A DNA stretch of 64,000 nucleotides from Kudoa neothunni (GCA_964304625.1 OZ199838.1:7929397-7993396), one strand, 5' to 3'. Shown: positions 41,359 through 54,739, numbered from the stretch's first letter. Made by a program: numbers and translations. The notes: a model not told the origin generated them from the sequence alone.

Positions 41359-43033
41359 TCTATATAAAGCTCTTATGCCTGTCAGTGCGTGTGTGCAACG
41401 GAGAAACTTTTTTAAATACAACTTTTAGTTTGCATTCGAATAGATGATACCATTAATAAAAATCGTTCATTTACTTAGAAGTATAAATGTAATCAATACC
41501 GCAGTTAGAAGTAAGGGATTTTCTGGTTGTTTACATCAATCACCAGATTAAAAGTACCTGCATAATAAGGATATTGGTTTACTTCGGAGTGATGCCAATT
41601 AAAATGAACTTTTTACTCACAATATAGAAAAAGAGTCTCTTAATTACGGTATAGAATGTTCTAAAAATTTTACATATGCCTGTTTGGAGTAATTTTAAGA
41701 CAAATAAAACTATTAACGTTACATTACAAGAGTTTTTGCATTTCCCTTAAAATTTGTAACATATTACACTTTTTTAAAATATAGATCCATTTTAAGCAAA
41801 AGGACTTTGATTATTTTAAATAAAACACATAATTTGAGATTATAAGTTGTTGCCATGTTGGAACAATTTAGGTTTCTATACACATTCTAAATATGATGTA
41901 AGAAGTGTGTAGAGTCTTCAAATAATTGAATTTTTGTGATAACTTCTTTTTATCAAATATATCGATTGAGATTGAAACTATGTTCGTCTTTTCGATAAGT
42001 TTTTACCAATTTTTTTGGTTTTTCTAAACTTTCTTCCAAAACAGCTGGCACAACTAATTCGATAAGTTTCTATATTTGATGAGATAATTTTTTAAATAAC
42101 GTTTAAGTTCTTAGTTAATTAATTATTCCTTACCCCCAGACCTTAAGGTTAACATTCAAGTCAATATATAATTTTCTTTTCGCTAAAACTAATTCATTAT
42201 AACATAAAAGCTGCATGAAAATATGCGACACCGCATTCTATACGCAGTTTAAGAATTCATATTCACGATTACTTCTGCACAAAATACAGTCCCCTCTCAA
42301 TAAGTGATGTGTAAGTTAATAAGAAATTACTGGTCTATTCGATCTAATCGACATTTTCACAACGTTTCCGTCAATCTAAGAATGGTTCAATACAAGGAAA
42401 TTTTGTAGGTCAATCAAACAGTCCGTTATTTTTAAGAGGGGGCACTCCTTCGAGAAAACCAGTTCATATTTAAGCATTACTGTACTTGTTAAAACCAAAA
42501 ACACATTTACATTTTAGGTTTAATCTTATTTTGTTAATTAAATGTATATATTTCTGAACCAGTAAGTATTATTGTTAAAAAACAAAGGTTGCGTTTATTA
42601 AAAAATCGGGAAATTACGTTAAACTAGTGAATATGTAAGTAATCACTCACATTTTTTTAAAACATCAATTAAAATCCTTCATAAAATTGAAAAAAAGGAG
42701 TAACAATTTATATTTTTATTTCTGACGCATCTTACGTTGATTTTATTTGTCATAATTTGTAAAATAACCTTAAAAATACGCATTAATTTCCCTCAACACC
42801 TTTATTTATATTCAAATGTAAGGTGCGCGCATAATTTTGTTTTCCTAAATCATCACATTGTAAAGTTAATGGATAGCTTTAAAATGCAACAATTAAAATA
42901 GGAAAATAAAATTTACAGGGTTTAGCGTGCTGATTAGATTAAATCTTACGTATAATTTCTCCATTCAAAAATGAAACTAAAAGTTAAAATTTTCCATCGA
43001 ATAGTACCAGGAAAAGCTGGGTATTAGCGCTAG
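41359..43033 (+). mobile_element. Non-autonomous Helitron, family B
   Basis: 5' TCTATATAAAGC..GTGCGTGTGTG; 3' hairpin TACCAG-GAAAAG-CTGGGTA then CTAG|T at 43030-43033; homologous to about 4795-6735. Confidence 0.82.
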
Positions 43034-44098
43034 TAAACAGTAAATCTCGCTAAGAGTTGTAGTTTTACGCTTTACGGGATACTGTGTAATACGAATAGCT
43101 AGAAATAAAATTTTTAAAATTGTTGTCCATCAACATTGGATTGGTGCACCGTTGTCTGCGTCCGTAATTGTCAAAAGGCATTAATCTAAACGGAGCAATA
43201 AATTTCATTATTTACATAATTGCGGCATTACATTCTAAAGAACATTGACGAATTGAAGATTTCGGCTATATCAATTTGTAGATATTCTCCAATTGTATAA
43301 TTCTTCAATGGTAATCCTCCATACTAAAAAAGAAAGTTTTTTAAACGCTTTATCCATGATAACCTAGAAAAAAACATCTTCGAATATAACAACCTATTTT
43401 TTAGAGTAGATAGGCTTGGCCGTCTTAGAGATCACAACGTGAAGTTTGATGAGAAGGGTTCTTTTTGAGCTATTGGAATTTTGAAATAGTTGATATCATC
43501 CGGGGGCCTGTGTAAAAAGTACCAATGGACGATAAACCTCGAGAATGCAGACCAATGAACAAAAGATATCCTCATGGAAAGTTCCATCTCATACAAACCG
43601 TAATGCGAGCAACATCAAACTGAATACCACGCAGCCATCGACACACTGACACGTACGAAGAAAACCACTATCGCTCAAACCCATGTATACTAAGCTCTAT
43701 TCAGCCCATCACTAGGATAAATCAATTTCTGATTCGATAATTCTCAATAACTAACTGCCGACACTCTTTAGACATCAAAACCCCATATTGTTACATAGAA
43801 ATAAAAAGGCTAGATGTTATACTTAACACTAACTTCAACAAGCTCAAATATAACAACAAACGCTACACTTTTCATAAAACAAACACTGCATCAGACAAAA
43901 ACAATCAAATATATAATCAAAATAATTGTCAAGGAGATTTCCCCAGATTAAGCTTAGAAGTGTTTTAAGTACATTTGTAGAGTGTTTAACAACCTTCAAA
44001 AGCTGATCTATAAGTCGACATACTAACACGATTGGTATATTAAGTTAGCATAAAATCTTACAGAAAACTCCATACACCTTTAGAAGTTGCCTAACAAC

Positions 44099-45318
44099 TC
44101 AGTAGGGCCTAGGTCTGGTGTTAGATCCACCACCTCGATAACCTGAGCTTGAACGCCCCCCTCTAGGTCCACCGGTAGGGACATATGCCTGTGCACCATA
44201 ATTCCTATCACTATATGGCTCGTAAGAGCCTGGTACTGAATGAGATGAAACAGAGTGAATTCTATGTTCCCCAACTGGAGATGGAATACGACCTTGTGGC
44301 GAATATGCTAAACGTATACATTCATTAGACAAGATTTGGTGATAATTTAAGAAATGTAAACCTTCATTTGATCGATATGAGGGTACAGGACCTCCTGCCA
44401 TAGGCGGCGGAGGATAAAAGCTTCCTTGATCATAGTAATCAGCGGAATATTCATAAGGGTTTGGTGGGTACATTGGTCTCCTATCGTCGTAATAATCATG
44501 GCTCCGAGGATACGTATCTCGAGAAGAACGACGAGGAGAATGCCTACTCGCTGTCACTGAACTAGCTACATTTGCGTCAACCAATCATTGTCAACAAATT
44601 ATTTTGTTTACGTTTTAACGTTTGTTCTTTAGGGATAGCAGCTTTAAGATTACACCTCTTTCCGTGAAAAATAACGTCCAAATCCTCCAAAAGAACTCTT
44701 TCAGGGACATCCTCATTTTCAAAAATAACGAACCCAAATCCTCTGGGTTCTCCATCACGATTCTTTTTAATATCAACTTCTTTTACAGGACCTAGGTGAT
44801 AGAATTTTGAGTCGAAAAATTCCTATCGCCAACGAGAAAATTAATTAAATTTAAATCGTATCAACAAAGCACTCGAATTTCCTCAACCGTGACATCTCTA
44901 TGAAGACCACCGACAAATATTTTTGGTGAGCGTTTAGGCTGTGGGTCACCCATCTGACTTTTAGGTGTAGCTCGACGAACATCAACCTTAGAGAAAAATC
45001 ATAAGGTGCAAAATAACAAGCGGCGAGCGAATTACTTCCTTGCCATCGACAACATGAGGTCGCGAGACAAGAACACTGTCTAAAACTTCAGGAGTCTCGT
45101 ACGAAACGAAACCAAACCCTCTCGACACACGATTCTTGTCACATATAATAACCAAATCAGTTAGTTCGCCAAATTTTCCAAAGTATTCCCGGAAAACATC
45201 TTCTGTAGTATCACGTCTTAAACCCCCAACGAAAAGCTTGCACAAAGCTTCCTTTTTAGCAGATTTCTAAATAGTAATGTACTACCAAAAGTTTTTTCTT
45301 AAATCATACCTCAGACAT
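44099..45318 (-). CDS. Two-RRM RNA-binding protein (hnRNP A/B, Musashi or DAZAP1 class) with a Y/P/G/R-rich low-complexity tail
   Basis: ATG TCT GAG mini-exon at 45318; RRM1 KLFVGGL..SRGFGFVSY; RRM2 KIFVGGL..PRGFGFVIF; C-terminal RPRPY (PY-NLS-like). Confidence 0.9.
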
Positions 45319-45710
45319 AGAAAGTGGCAGCAACTAATTATCAGCGGATGTGATCGGTATCCGATTTCACACGAAGGTGAGAATTTGTGAACATTGGATT
45401 GTTGTAATCCTGAAGCTGTTGAAATTCACTACGGTCGCACAATGCATCGATTTATAATGTATTTTGGGGCTTGATTGTTCAAATATTATTTTCATCGCAC
45501 GTTATAATTTTATCTTCGGTACCTTTTCAGTCAGATGAGTAACTGTTTAACGCTTGGCTTCTCAAATTTGAAATTGTTTACACATATATTACGATTAGAA
45601 TACACAAAAAATTAATTAACACAATTTTTAACTTATATTATCAATAAAGTTTTTAACAATAAGTTAAAGGTAATCCCCGCCGCCTCCATGCTAAATTGCG
45701 TAAATCTATT

Positions 45711-46730
45711 GCCTAAAGTACGGTATAAGGACACTTTTCGGCATCTGTCGTGACACATCGGATCTAAAGTAAAACGCCCAATATAAAACAATTTAAATAT
45801 ACTTCATTAATTATTATAAAGAAAATTGATAAAATATTATAAGAGGAAATTTCTTTGAAATAATTACAAAATTGGAGGGAAAAAATTCCGATTTTGTATT
45901 GGTGATGCATCTGAATTTGTGTGTGGTTGTATCTTGAATGACCTCTTTTTGATTTATATTAACACACTTGACAGTCTTAAACTTGATAATATGTTTCGTG
46001 CAGCCGTTATCATTAAATAAGTGGGTTAAATTACGATAAGAAGGCTATTTGTCCATCCACAGAGTTAATCTCTATTACAATTTTGAGATACATTTCTTCA
46101 AGAATGACTTGGATGCATTTCTCAGCAAGGACATGGAAAAAGTTGGCACTAGAATTAATCCCGCCCGATCCTAATATTCTGGTTTATGAGGACCTTCCTA
46201 CAATAAACTTTTCGTTTACAAACTTGAGATTCATTTATTTTCTCAATCACATCAACACCAACAATAAGGACCCGTTAATAATGAAATATTCCGTATAAAT
46301 TTCTCTTATGTAGTTTTTCTATCCATATTTGATTTCTCGTGACGATATTTTTGTTTGTTTCGTTAACATTCCATTAATTTCAAATACATCACGAAAAATA
46401 TTTTCCATAATGACAATTTAGCACCATAAAAAATGATCTTATCTTAACGTAAACCTGTTTCTTTCATTAATAAGATCAAAACACACGGTCATTCATTACG
46501 TTAAATTGTTTCAACGCCATAACTTGGTGACATTGGCAACAATCCCTCGTTTTAGGAATCAACTCAACATGTTGTAAAATTCAATAAATTTGTTATTATA
46601 ATTTTTAAACTTTAAAACAGCCTCTAGAAACCAATCGCCAATAAATAAGGAAGTCAAGTTCATATTTCCGGTCAAATTCGCGGACACTTCCGACTGACGT
46701 CGAAAAGTGTTCATATACCGTACTTTGGCC
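45711..46730 (-). mobile_element. Decayed Merlin element
   Basis: Imperfect TIRs of about 40 bp (AAAGTACGGTAT..ACACTTTTCG); remnants FLQHVELIPKTRDCCQCHQVM and RKFIVGR..GGI. Confidence 0.65.
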
Positions 46731-47140
46731 GGATATTGCGGCTACATACATGGATAGACATTGATTAATTCGTTTTAACGAATAAATACGTAATTTTACA
46801 AAATGTCTAATATTTGTTTTTTATTTTTTATATGTACTGAAAGAAAATGAAAGCTCCAATATAAACTTTAACAATATAAATCTTATGCATGTACAGTTGG
46901 AATACAATGAGGCATTCTCATTAATTATATCACTAAGGACTCTACGTACTTTCACATAGATTAAACTAATTTTAAAAATAAAAAATTTTTAAAACATACT
47001 AATGAAACGCGCTTAAAAATAAAAACTACGTGAAAGACAAAAAAATGTTACGTAGAGTACGCAGTGTGTAAAATCGGCTGCCCAATGTATAGATCCCAAT
47101 AAAATTAGAATCATTTAAACCAACCCGATTCTCTATTTAA

Positions 47141-49423
47141 CCCTCCAACGGGCTTTGGGGTAAAAAAGACCCCAGATTTTTTTAATTTAATGTATGCAGA
47201 AAATTATTATAAACTTATGAGGAAAATGTGGGAAAATTCTGCCTAAGTAACGCTGAGAAAACAATCAATTACTTCATAATTAATCTTCAGTAATCCTCCT
47301 CGGCGAGATTAAGCAGATATCGCGATAAATCGTTTTTATAACGTATAATATGTTTAGTCTTATTTGAAATAATGAAAAATAACATTTTAGCAAAAAATAA
47401 AAGATAAAATATTTTCAAGGGTCCCTAATAAATTTGGTTTTTAATAGCTAGCAATTTAGACATTTATTTGACGAATGGGCGCGACAATAGAAACTTCCAC
47501 ATTTTGAGCATTTGGATGAGGTTTTCTTATCGTTTTCACGAGGAAAATGTTCACATCTTCGCTTAGAAGTATTTGAATCTGCATAGTTGTATGTTTCCAT
47601 AGAAGTTGGATGAGATCTTTTTAAACATTTTTTCATATGGGAATTTCTTTCCAAAAGAGGTTTATACAACTCTCCAGCCATTTCTTTCAGAGAATCACGT
47701 CTCAATTTTGTGGAATCGTTAAATATATGTTTATATAGACAAAATGAATTTATCAAAGTCAAATCCAACATATTATAAAAGACCACCATGGGCCAGCGTC
47801 GATTAAATCTGCGGACCGAGACGGAAGCCAACATCCAATCCACGGTATCTACTCCTCCTTTGGAACCATTATAATCCACTATTGTTTCAGGCTTTTGTTT
47901 ATGTGTATCGTTGGTTATGTTGGTGTTGGTTGTTCCTGAGGATAGGAGAATCACTGCTCTTCTTCTTTTGTTGACATATAAAGTGATCATATATTTATCA
48001 AAAAATATAAACATAGTGCTGAATAAGGAACGATTTCTAGACGGAAGAACACACGGTGGTAAATCTCTCTTATTGTGTCGAATTGTTCCAAGATATGTCA
48101 GACGTTTGTCTAACAGCTTCTCGGCTAGTCTAAGGGAAGAGAAAAAATTATCTGCAACTATAGTTCTTCCTGAGTTATACAAGGGAGCTGTAAGGGAAAA
48201 CACAATATTCTCACCAACACCATAGTTTTGGCTAGCTCGAGTTCCGTTCTTTCCTAGATAGGGAAAAATGTTTACAACATATTTGTGGACTGGATCGACA
48301 GCTAGGAAAAACTTTGCGCCATATTTCGCCGGCTTCATCGGCATATATTGTCTAAATGAGCATCTTCCTCTAAACGAGACTAACTGCTCGTCAACGGTGA
48401 CATTTTCACCGGGAAAAAAACATATAGGTAGAGTCTGGATCCACATGTTCCATATGTTGCGAATTGGACAAAATTTATCCAATTCTCTTCTTTCAGATCT
48501 GGTGCTTGGATTGTCAAAACGAATACATCGTAGAATTTGGCGAAAACGATTAAATGAAAAGATTTCGCGATACATCTCTCTCCCTTCCTTTATACTAAAC
48601 ATTTCTAAAAGAGGTTGCTCTCTGTCTTTGTAGACAGCTATCAAAATTAGTGTTCCGAAAAATCCTCTTAATTCAACGTCGTCTAAATCATTCCATAAAT
48701 CAGAAAGGTGTAATTTCCCGTGAACGTTTGTTTGTCTTATTATTTCCTGGCAAATTTCATTAGTGAAGAATACAAAAAAACAGTCAAACACGTTTTTGAC
48801 TCCTTGTATGCAATAAGCTGTTGGCCCAGGACGAGGATTCATAATATTCTCCTTCAGCGTTTTTGATGGAGGTGGCTTATTCAATGTCCAAAGTATTCCG
48901 CTTTTGCTTTTCGTAGAATCCGCAGGATGTTCGCAATCTGATGTATCATCAGATTCTTCGGAATATTCAAGAACGGTTTCAGCAATGTCGCTACTTAAAG
49001 GTTGATATTCATCGCTAAAATCCTCAGATGGCGCCATGATTATCTCAATGTGCACAACAAACGATAAAATTGGTGTATATTTCGCGTTAACCCTCATATA
49101 CGGTCCTAAGGCTTAAATTATCTATAGCTTATTTTGTAGGGGATTATTTATTCCTAGCATACGCGGTTAATATGTTAATTTTGCTTGTATTTAGCTAATA
49201 AGCATAGACCTTGCGGTATTCATATAAACGATGGCTTACGATATGTTGTGACCCACATACTTAATCGGATTACGGTGGATTATTGATTGATTAATAATTG
49301 CTAAATTTCTCAGTAATTATTAGGCAGATTTTTTTTAATTTCCTAATCATCTTATAATAATTTTCTACATACATTAAATCAAAAAAATCTGAGGTCTTTT
49401 TTACCCCAAAACCCGTTGGAAGA
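47141..49423 (-). mobile_element. piggyBac element with long subterminal inverted repeats
   Basis: TTAA|CCCTCCAACGGGCTTTGGGGTAAAAAAGACC at 47141; opposite end GGTCTTTTTTACCCCAAAACCCGTTGGAAGA|TAAA is degenerate; about 130 bp of inverted homology. Confidence 0.88.
47448..49097 (-). CDS. Intact piggyBac (PGBD4-like) transposase; likely start at ATG 49037
   Basis: Uninterrupted 549-aa ORF with TVDEQL, VADNFF, KGGVDTVD (DDD triad) and a C-terminal Cys-rich domain. Confidence 0.93.
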   Translation of the reverse strand: MRVNAKYTPILSFVVHIEIIMAPSEDFSDEYQPLSSDIAETVLEYSEESDDTSDCEHPADSTKSKSGILWTLNKPPPSKTLKENIMNPRPGPTAYCIQGVKNVFDCFFVFFTNEICQEIIRQTNVHGKLHLSDLWNDLDDVELRGFFGTLILIAVYKDREQPLLEMFSIKEGREMYREIFSFNRFRQILRCIRFDNPSTRSERRELDKFCPIRNIWNMWIQTLPICFFPGENVTVDEQLVSFRGRCSFRQYMPMKPAKYGAKFFLAVDPVHKYVVNIFPYLGKNGTRASQNYGVGENIVFSLTAPLYNSGRTIVADNFFSSLRLAEKLLDKRLTYLGTIRHNKRDLPPCVLPSRNRSLFSTMFIFFDKYMITLYVNKRRRAVILLSSGTTNTNITNDTHKQKPETIVDYNGSKGGVDTVDWMLASVSVRRFNRRWPMVVFYNMLDLTLINSFCLYKHIFNDSTKLRRDSLKEMAGELYKPLLERNSHMKKCLKRSHPTSMETYNYADSNTSKRRCEHFPRENDKKTSSKCSKCGSFYCRAHSSNKCLNC

Positions 49424-49709
49424 TAAAAATTTTGTTCGATAAGAAATAATCAATATTCCACATAAAAATTTTTATAAATCTATTTATTAAAATAATTTAG
49501 GAAATTAGACGAAATTTTAAGTATCCCAGATAATTATTAAATATTCTATTGACAAATTAAAAATGATAATGTTATATGACCAAGCAAATTGATTTCTGGC
49601 GCGAAGTTTTAATTCTATTTAAAACTTTTTTAACTCGATACGTGACAGGATAAAAAATAATAAACTATGTAAGATTCGGAGGATATAAAAATTTAAATTT
49701 TTACAATAA

Positions 49710-50745
49710 ATAGCATGAACTGCCACTGCCCGGCGTTGCTCGGTGAGGGTTTCGCGTAGAGACGTTTTGTAATACCATTCAAAAAAATATTGTATCAAAT
49801 CGATTCATTGAAGCAGTCAAACTAAATTTTTTTAAGCATCATACTTTGTCGATTTTGATTTCGAGATTTAAATCATGATCATTTCAGTGCAGGGTTGTAT
49901 CAATCCCGGTTTTTAATGAACAATTTCTTGTTCCCTAATCATTTAAACTCTCTTAAAGTGCAATCTAATACGTTATTTTGTGGCCGGGGATTTTTAAAGT
50001 CGAATTCTGACTCAGCTTGGAAAATGTGAGCACTATTAACTTTAATGGATACAAAAATAGAAAATGTAATCGAGGTCGAAGAAAACATACAAAAACTAAT
50101 TGATATTCCTCAAATTAATATCCTTTGGTCCACAAAAACTTTAATGCGCTTTTTCTAACAAATAATTTAAATAATCGGATGAAGTAAGCATACAACCATC
50201 TGCACTAAATTCAATCACTGAAAGTTCAATATAACGGACGATTTAAATGAAATCTACGGACACGGTACATGCGCCGTAATGCTTCAATCTATCTGATTAT
50301 AACACGCGTAACCAACTCAATAATAATGCAAATATTGACATTTTTTTATATCCACACCTATTAATCGAGCCTTCAAAATGTGTTTATCAAGTCAATTACA
50401 TTACAACTCCCGACATAAGGAATTTATTTGCGTAAATAATAAAATGAACGCGTCAATCTTATACGTCAAGACAGATGATATCGCTTAACTGACGTTTAAT
50501 AAAGTACATAAGGGAAAATGTTAATTTCAACCGACCTTCACCATGATATTAGCCTGTGTTAATCTTATTGTTGAACCCAAGTAATCCGATAAATAAACTT
50601 TGAATAGACAAAATTACCATTTTCTAAACATTTTGGGGTATATTTGGAAATGTAAAAACGATTTAAAGATTTTTTAAAGCGTTGTGATTTTTAAATAATT
50701 TCATAAATATCTCTCTATAAGGAAAAAAAAATTGGACACACATGC
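49710..50745 (-). mobile_element. Helitron family A, older copy
   Basis: CTGCCCGGCGTTGCTCGG hairpin and about 1 kb of homology to the 6736 and 22751 copies; ends degenerate. Confidence 0.78.
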
Positions 50746-51849
50746 TTAGTTTTTATGCGCGTGCGTGTTTTATTTTCTTCATTTATATATTTGGTTTTTT
50801 TCTATCCTTATACATAAATTCTGTGCGTTTCAATGCATTATCGTAACTATCTGGTGAAGACCTAATTTAAGAATTCCAAATACAACTGAGTGTGAGTGGA
50901 AATCATTTAGTCAAACAAACTTTGTTTTTGAGCCTATTCGATTCGTTTAATTTCAATTGATTGTATTACAGTCTTTCGTTAGATTTTTTAATAACACACA
51001 ACAACTATACCTAGATGAGGTTTTATTTTTATGTGCGACCACTTATCCATTAAAATTAAGAAAAATTAGTCAAATAATTAATATTTAATTTGTTTAGGTA
51101 ATACCTAAAATTAGGATTTTTCGAAAATTGATAACAAACACTTGTAATGATAACTTAACATTGGATATCACCAACATCAGATTCTTTTTTTTTAATTCAA
51201 GCATTCAGAATTCAAACACAAAGATCTCTTCGTAATAATTCCGAAATTATTCATGAAGAAACTATGTATTGCCATTAAAAATGTTAAAAAATCCAGACTG
51301 CTGGTCTTAACAGGAGCATAACATTTAAAAATGTGTTCATTCTGATAAATTTTTAGCATGTTTTTTTAAGATCAATTTTTGCGTTACGTGGGCTTTAAGA
51401 ATTATTAAAATTTTTTGACAGTATCTTGCGTTTGGTGAACTTCTATTGAAGACATTTTATACTTGAAATAAAGCATTGTTCCAAGTATACAATTATCTAC
51501 TCGAAGATTTCTCGTAACGAAATCTGTAACGATTAAATTCCATTTTTTTTCAATTTGCAAAACCTCCGTGTTGGGGTTGGGTATCGTGACCAACTGTACG
51601 ATATCTGTCAAGGAAACCGTTAACGATTTCAAGGGAACCAGAATCATCAGGCGGACCTACTCCGATTGCCAATAAGTGAATAATGCGGTTAACCACGAAA
51701 CGGTACACCTGGGACTTGGGTAAAATTCACATAGGAATACCCAAAGGTGAATGTACACATGTTTGGCAATCGGGTGTAGGGTCCGCCTCACAGATGCGTT
51801 ATTTTGGCCTAACATTGCCATTCTCTCTTTTTTTGAGTCTTCTTCATTT

Positions 51850-54321
51850 TTTTCTCTCTTGTATTGAATAACAAAATCGAATTGTTTCATGGAAATGATC
51901 CATCTGGCGATTCTACCATGGCTATCTTTCGATTTGAAAAGGTACGTCAATAGATTGTGGTCGGTAATCACTGTGAATTTGTTCCCCAATAAGTATTTTC
52001 GAAATACTTTGATTGCATAAACTATTGCTAGAGCCTCTTTTTCGTATGTGGAATAGCGCTTTTCTTGGTCGTTCAAAGTTCGACTTGCATATTCGATAAC
52101 AACTTTGTTCCCACAATTCGTTTGCTCTAACACAACACCAATGGCAAAGTTTGAGGCATCCGTCGACACATAAAAAGGTTCAATTAGCTTTGGAAATGAC
52201 AGAATTGGTGGAGAAATGAGGCATCTGTTCAATTTATCAAAGCTATTTTGATGTTTATCTTCCTATGTATACTTGATGTTATTCTTACACAATGAGTACA
52301 AGTCTGACGCAACATAAGAAAATCCTGCAATATGTTTTCTACAATAGTTTGCTAGGCCAAGGAAAGATCTGAGTTCTTTCTGATTCTTTGGCGTAGGGAA
52401 GTTTTCGATGATCTTTGTCTTTTCTCTATCAACACTTATTCCACTTTTAGATAGTTCATGTCCAAGGTATTTCACTTTTTTTCATTGAAAACACATTTCT
52501 GTTCATTAACCCTCAAATTGTGTTGATTTAACATTGAGAATATTTTCTCAAGATGCATCAAGTGTTCACTTTCAGACGTTGAAAAAACAATAATATCGTC
52601 AAGATGTACATAGCAAAACTTTCCTATATATTTTTGGAAAATGTGTGTCATCGTTCTTTGAAAGAGGGCGGGAGTATTCACGAGACCAAAAGGAATTATT
52701 TTAAATTCGAAATGCCCTTGGTGAGTTGAAAAAGCAGTTTTATATCTGCTACTTTGCTCCAATTCTAGGTGCCAATATCCACTCTTCAAATCAATCGTAG
52801 AAAATACACTCGCATTTGACATGCTAGCAAATACATCAGACGGATTCGGAATAGGGAATTGCTCTTTCTCAGTGACTAGATTCAGTTTTCTATAGTCCAC
52901 GCAAAGTCTATATTCGCCACACTTTTTCTTTACCCTAACAATAGGGGAATTGCACGAACTATTACTTCGGCACATCACTCCATTTTCCAAAATTTTTTCG
53001 GCTTGGACATCAATTTCGTGACGTAACTTGAATGGTTGAAATCTTGGTGGAACATAAATATAATTCTCAGAAGTTTTAATCATCATTTTTGGTAATTCTT
53101 TGGATGTTGAATGTAATTTTTGATCAAAAATATTGGAGTATTTATGTTTCAATCGCGTGATATCAATCATATTTCTATTTATTTGACCACAAAGATTCGT
53201 ATATGACATTTCTGATAATGTCTCTACCAGTGATACAATTGTACACAAGTCCGTCAACAACCACAAGTTTGCAGTTTCGTGTCACACCAAAAAGTTTTAT
53301 ATCAGAGTTAACTTCACCAACAACTGTAATCGGCAAATTATTAGCAGTATAAAGGCGTGTGCAACATTTTTTTAGTTTCGATGGGTCAACAATTTTTGCA
53401 GATATCAAAGAGCACCCAGAGCCAATATCTAAGAGTGCGTTTACTTTTCGGTTAAACAGTGTCAGCTCAACACAAAATTCATTCCTTTGACATAATACAT
53501 TATCATTTTCACTACTGTCAATAAGATTATTGATATTTCTCTTGGATCTACAGAATTTTGCAATGTGTCCAAGTTTCCCACACGACATTTAAGTTTTTTA
53601 TAGCAATCATTTGCTACAGCTACATGGTTGGGTTTTCCACAAACGGAACATAACGGTCTTCTGTCACTTCTTTTGATAGCATTAACATCATCAATATTAT
53701 CAGTTGTGGAATCAATGTATAGCTGTACTTTTTCGACAAATGTCCTGAGGTCATGATTGATCTCAGTCGCAACGATTGGTTTATAGACAGCTGGCACGAG
53801 TCGTAAAAGCTTTGGTCTAATGAAAAAAATTTGATCCTTTATCGTGGCATTTGGTTTGGCTTCGCATATCAACTGCATCAACCTGGTGGCATAGAGTTTG
53901 ACATCCTCCTCAGGTAGTTTTGACGCTTCCACGAATTCCGTCCAAATCCTTTCAGGACGTCTCAAAGATTTTTTATATTCATTTAGACATAATTTGAGAG
54001 CGTTGAAGGCTCCCAGCTCCATCTTGGACACTTCTGTAGGTATTACTTGGCTGCAAATGCTTTTTGGTATGCATAAAAGCAAATAGGCGTACGCTTGTTC
54101 AGCCGCTAAATTTTCAAGAAGAATCATAGCTTCCACTTCCTCTAATTGAGGTTCAATGAGTTTGTTTATTTTCATTTTTCTACCAATATAATTTTTTTTT
54201 AACCCTGTCACCAATATAAGACAGCGAAAGAAGACACAATTTGAAATAAGACAACAGGATTAACAAATCAACAAATATTTAGTACTGTTATTGTAAACAT
54301 ACTTATTTGTTAATCCTTACA
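51850..54321 (-). mobile_element. Ty3/Gypsy 5' part: LTR, PBS, gag (CCHC), protease, RT, RNase H; frameshifted, integrase lost
   Basis: LTR about 54215-54321 (TGTAAG...CTTATA), PBS TGGTGACAG; CGKLGHIAKFC; ALLDIGSG; RLCVDYRKLN, VHLDDIIV; TDASNFAIG, EKEALAI. Confidence 0.92.
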
Positions 54322-54339
54322 CATATAATAAAATTAAAG

Positions 54340-54695
54340 ATATTCCTGTTGACCCTTCATATCAACACCCTACGGTGAATCATTCCAAAAATTTTAAAGA
54401 CGCAGTAACTAGAGTCCACACGAACCATGTGGAATGTTACTGGAAGAATTGTAAGAGAAAATTCAAAAGGATGGCAGGGGTCCAAACTGCCACTCTCGCA
54501 AGTCATCATAATGAGTCTACGTGGCGTGAAATGTACACCTGTGGTGATGTGTCAGCTATGAATAATATTCTAACTCAGATATCATTAGAAACTATCTTTT
54601 AGTATTTAGATTTGTACCTATTTATTGCAATCGCAAATATAAGATTAACGGATTATTATCGGATTACGCGGGGTCCACAATTCGACACCAGTGTC
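54340..54695 (+). mobile_element. Merlin 3' fragment with right TIR
   Basis: VNHSKNFKD..VHTNHVECYW; ends GTCCACAATTCGACACCAGTGTC. Confidence 0.75.
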
Positions 54696-54739
54696 CTTTT
54701 CTCATTAAAAAAATGTCGTAAAATTTTCTAAACGGAAGA

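Noticed and set aside
43140-43560. Minus-strand HVVISKTAKPIYS resembling the MON1 longin motif
   Set aside because: It is followed immediately by a stop and no consistent exon chain could be built.
47911-48633. Plus-strand ORFs of 104 and 121 aa (likewise 20363-21484 and 58314-58565)
   Set aside because: Antisense shadows of real transposase, integrase or POLH frames.
51612-51650. Minus-strand CTGATGA...GAAA as a hammerhead ribozyme
   Set aside because: The intervening TTCTGGTTCCCTT cannot form stem II, and there is no convincing stem I or III.
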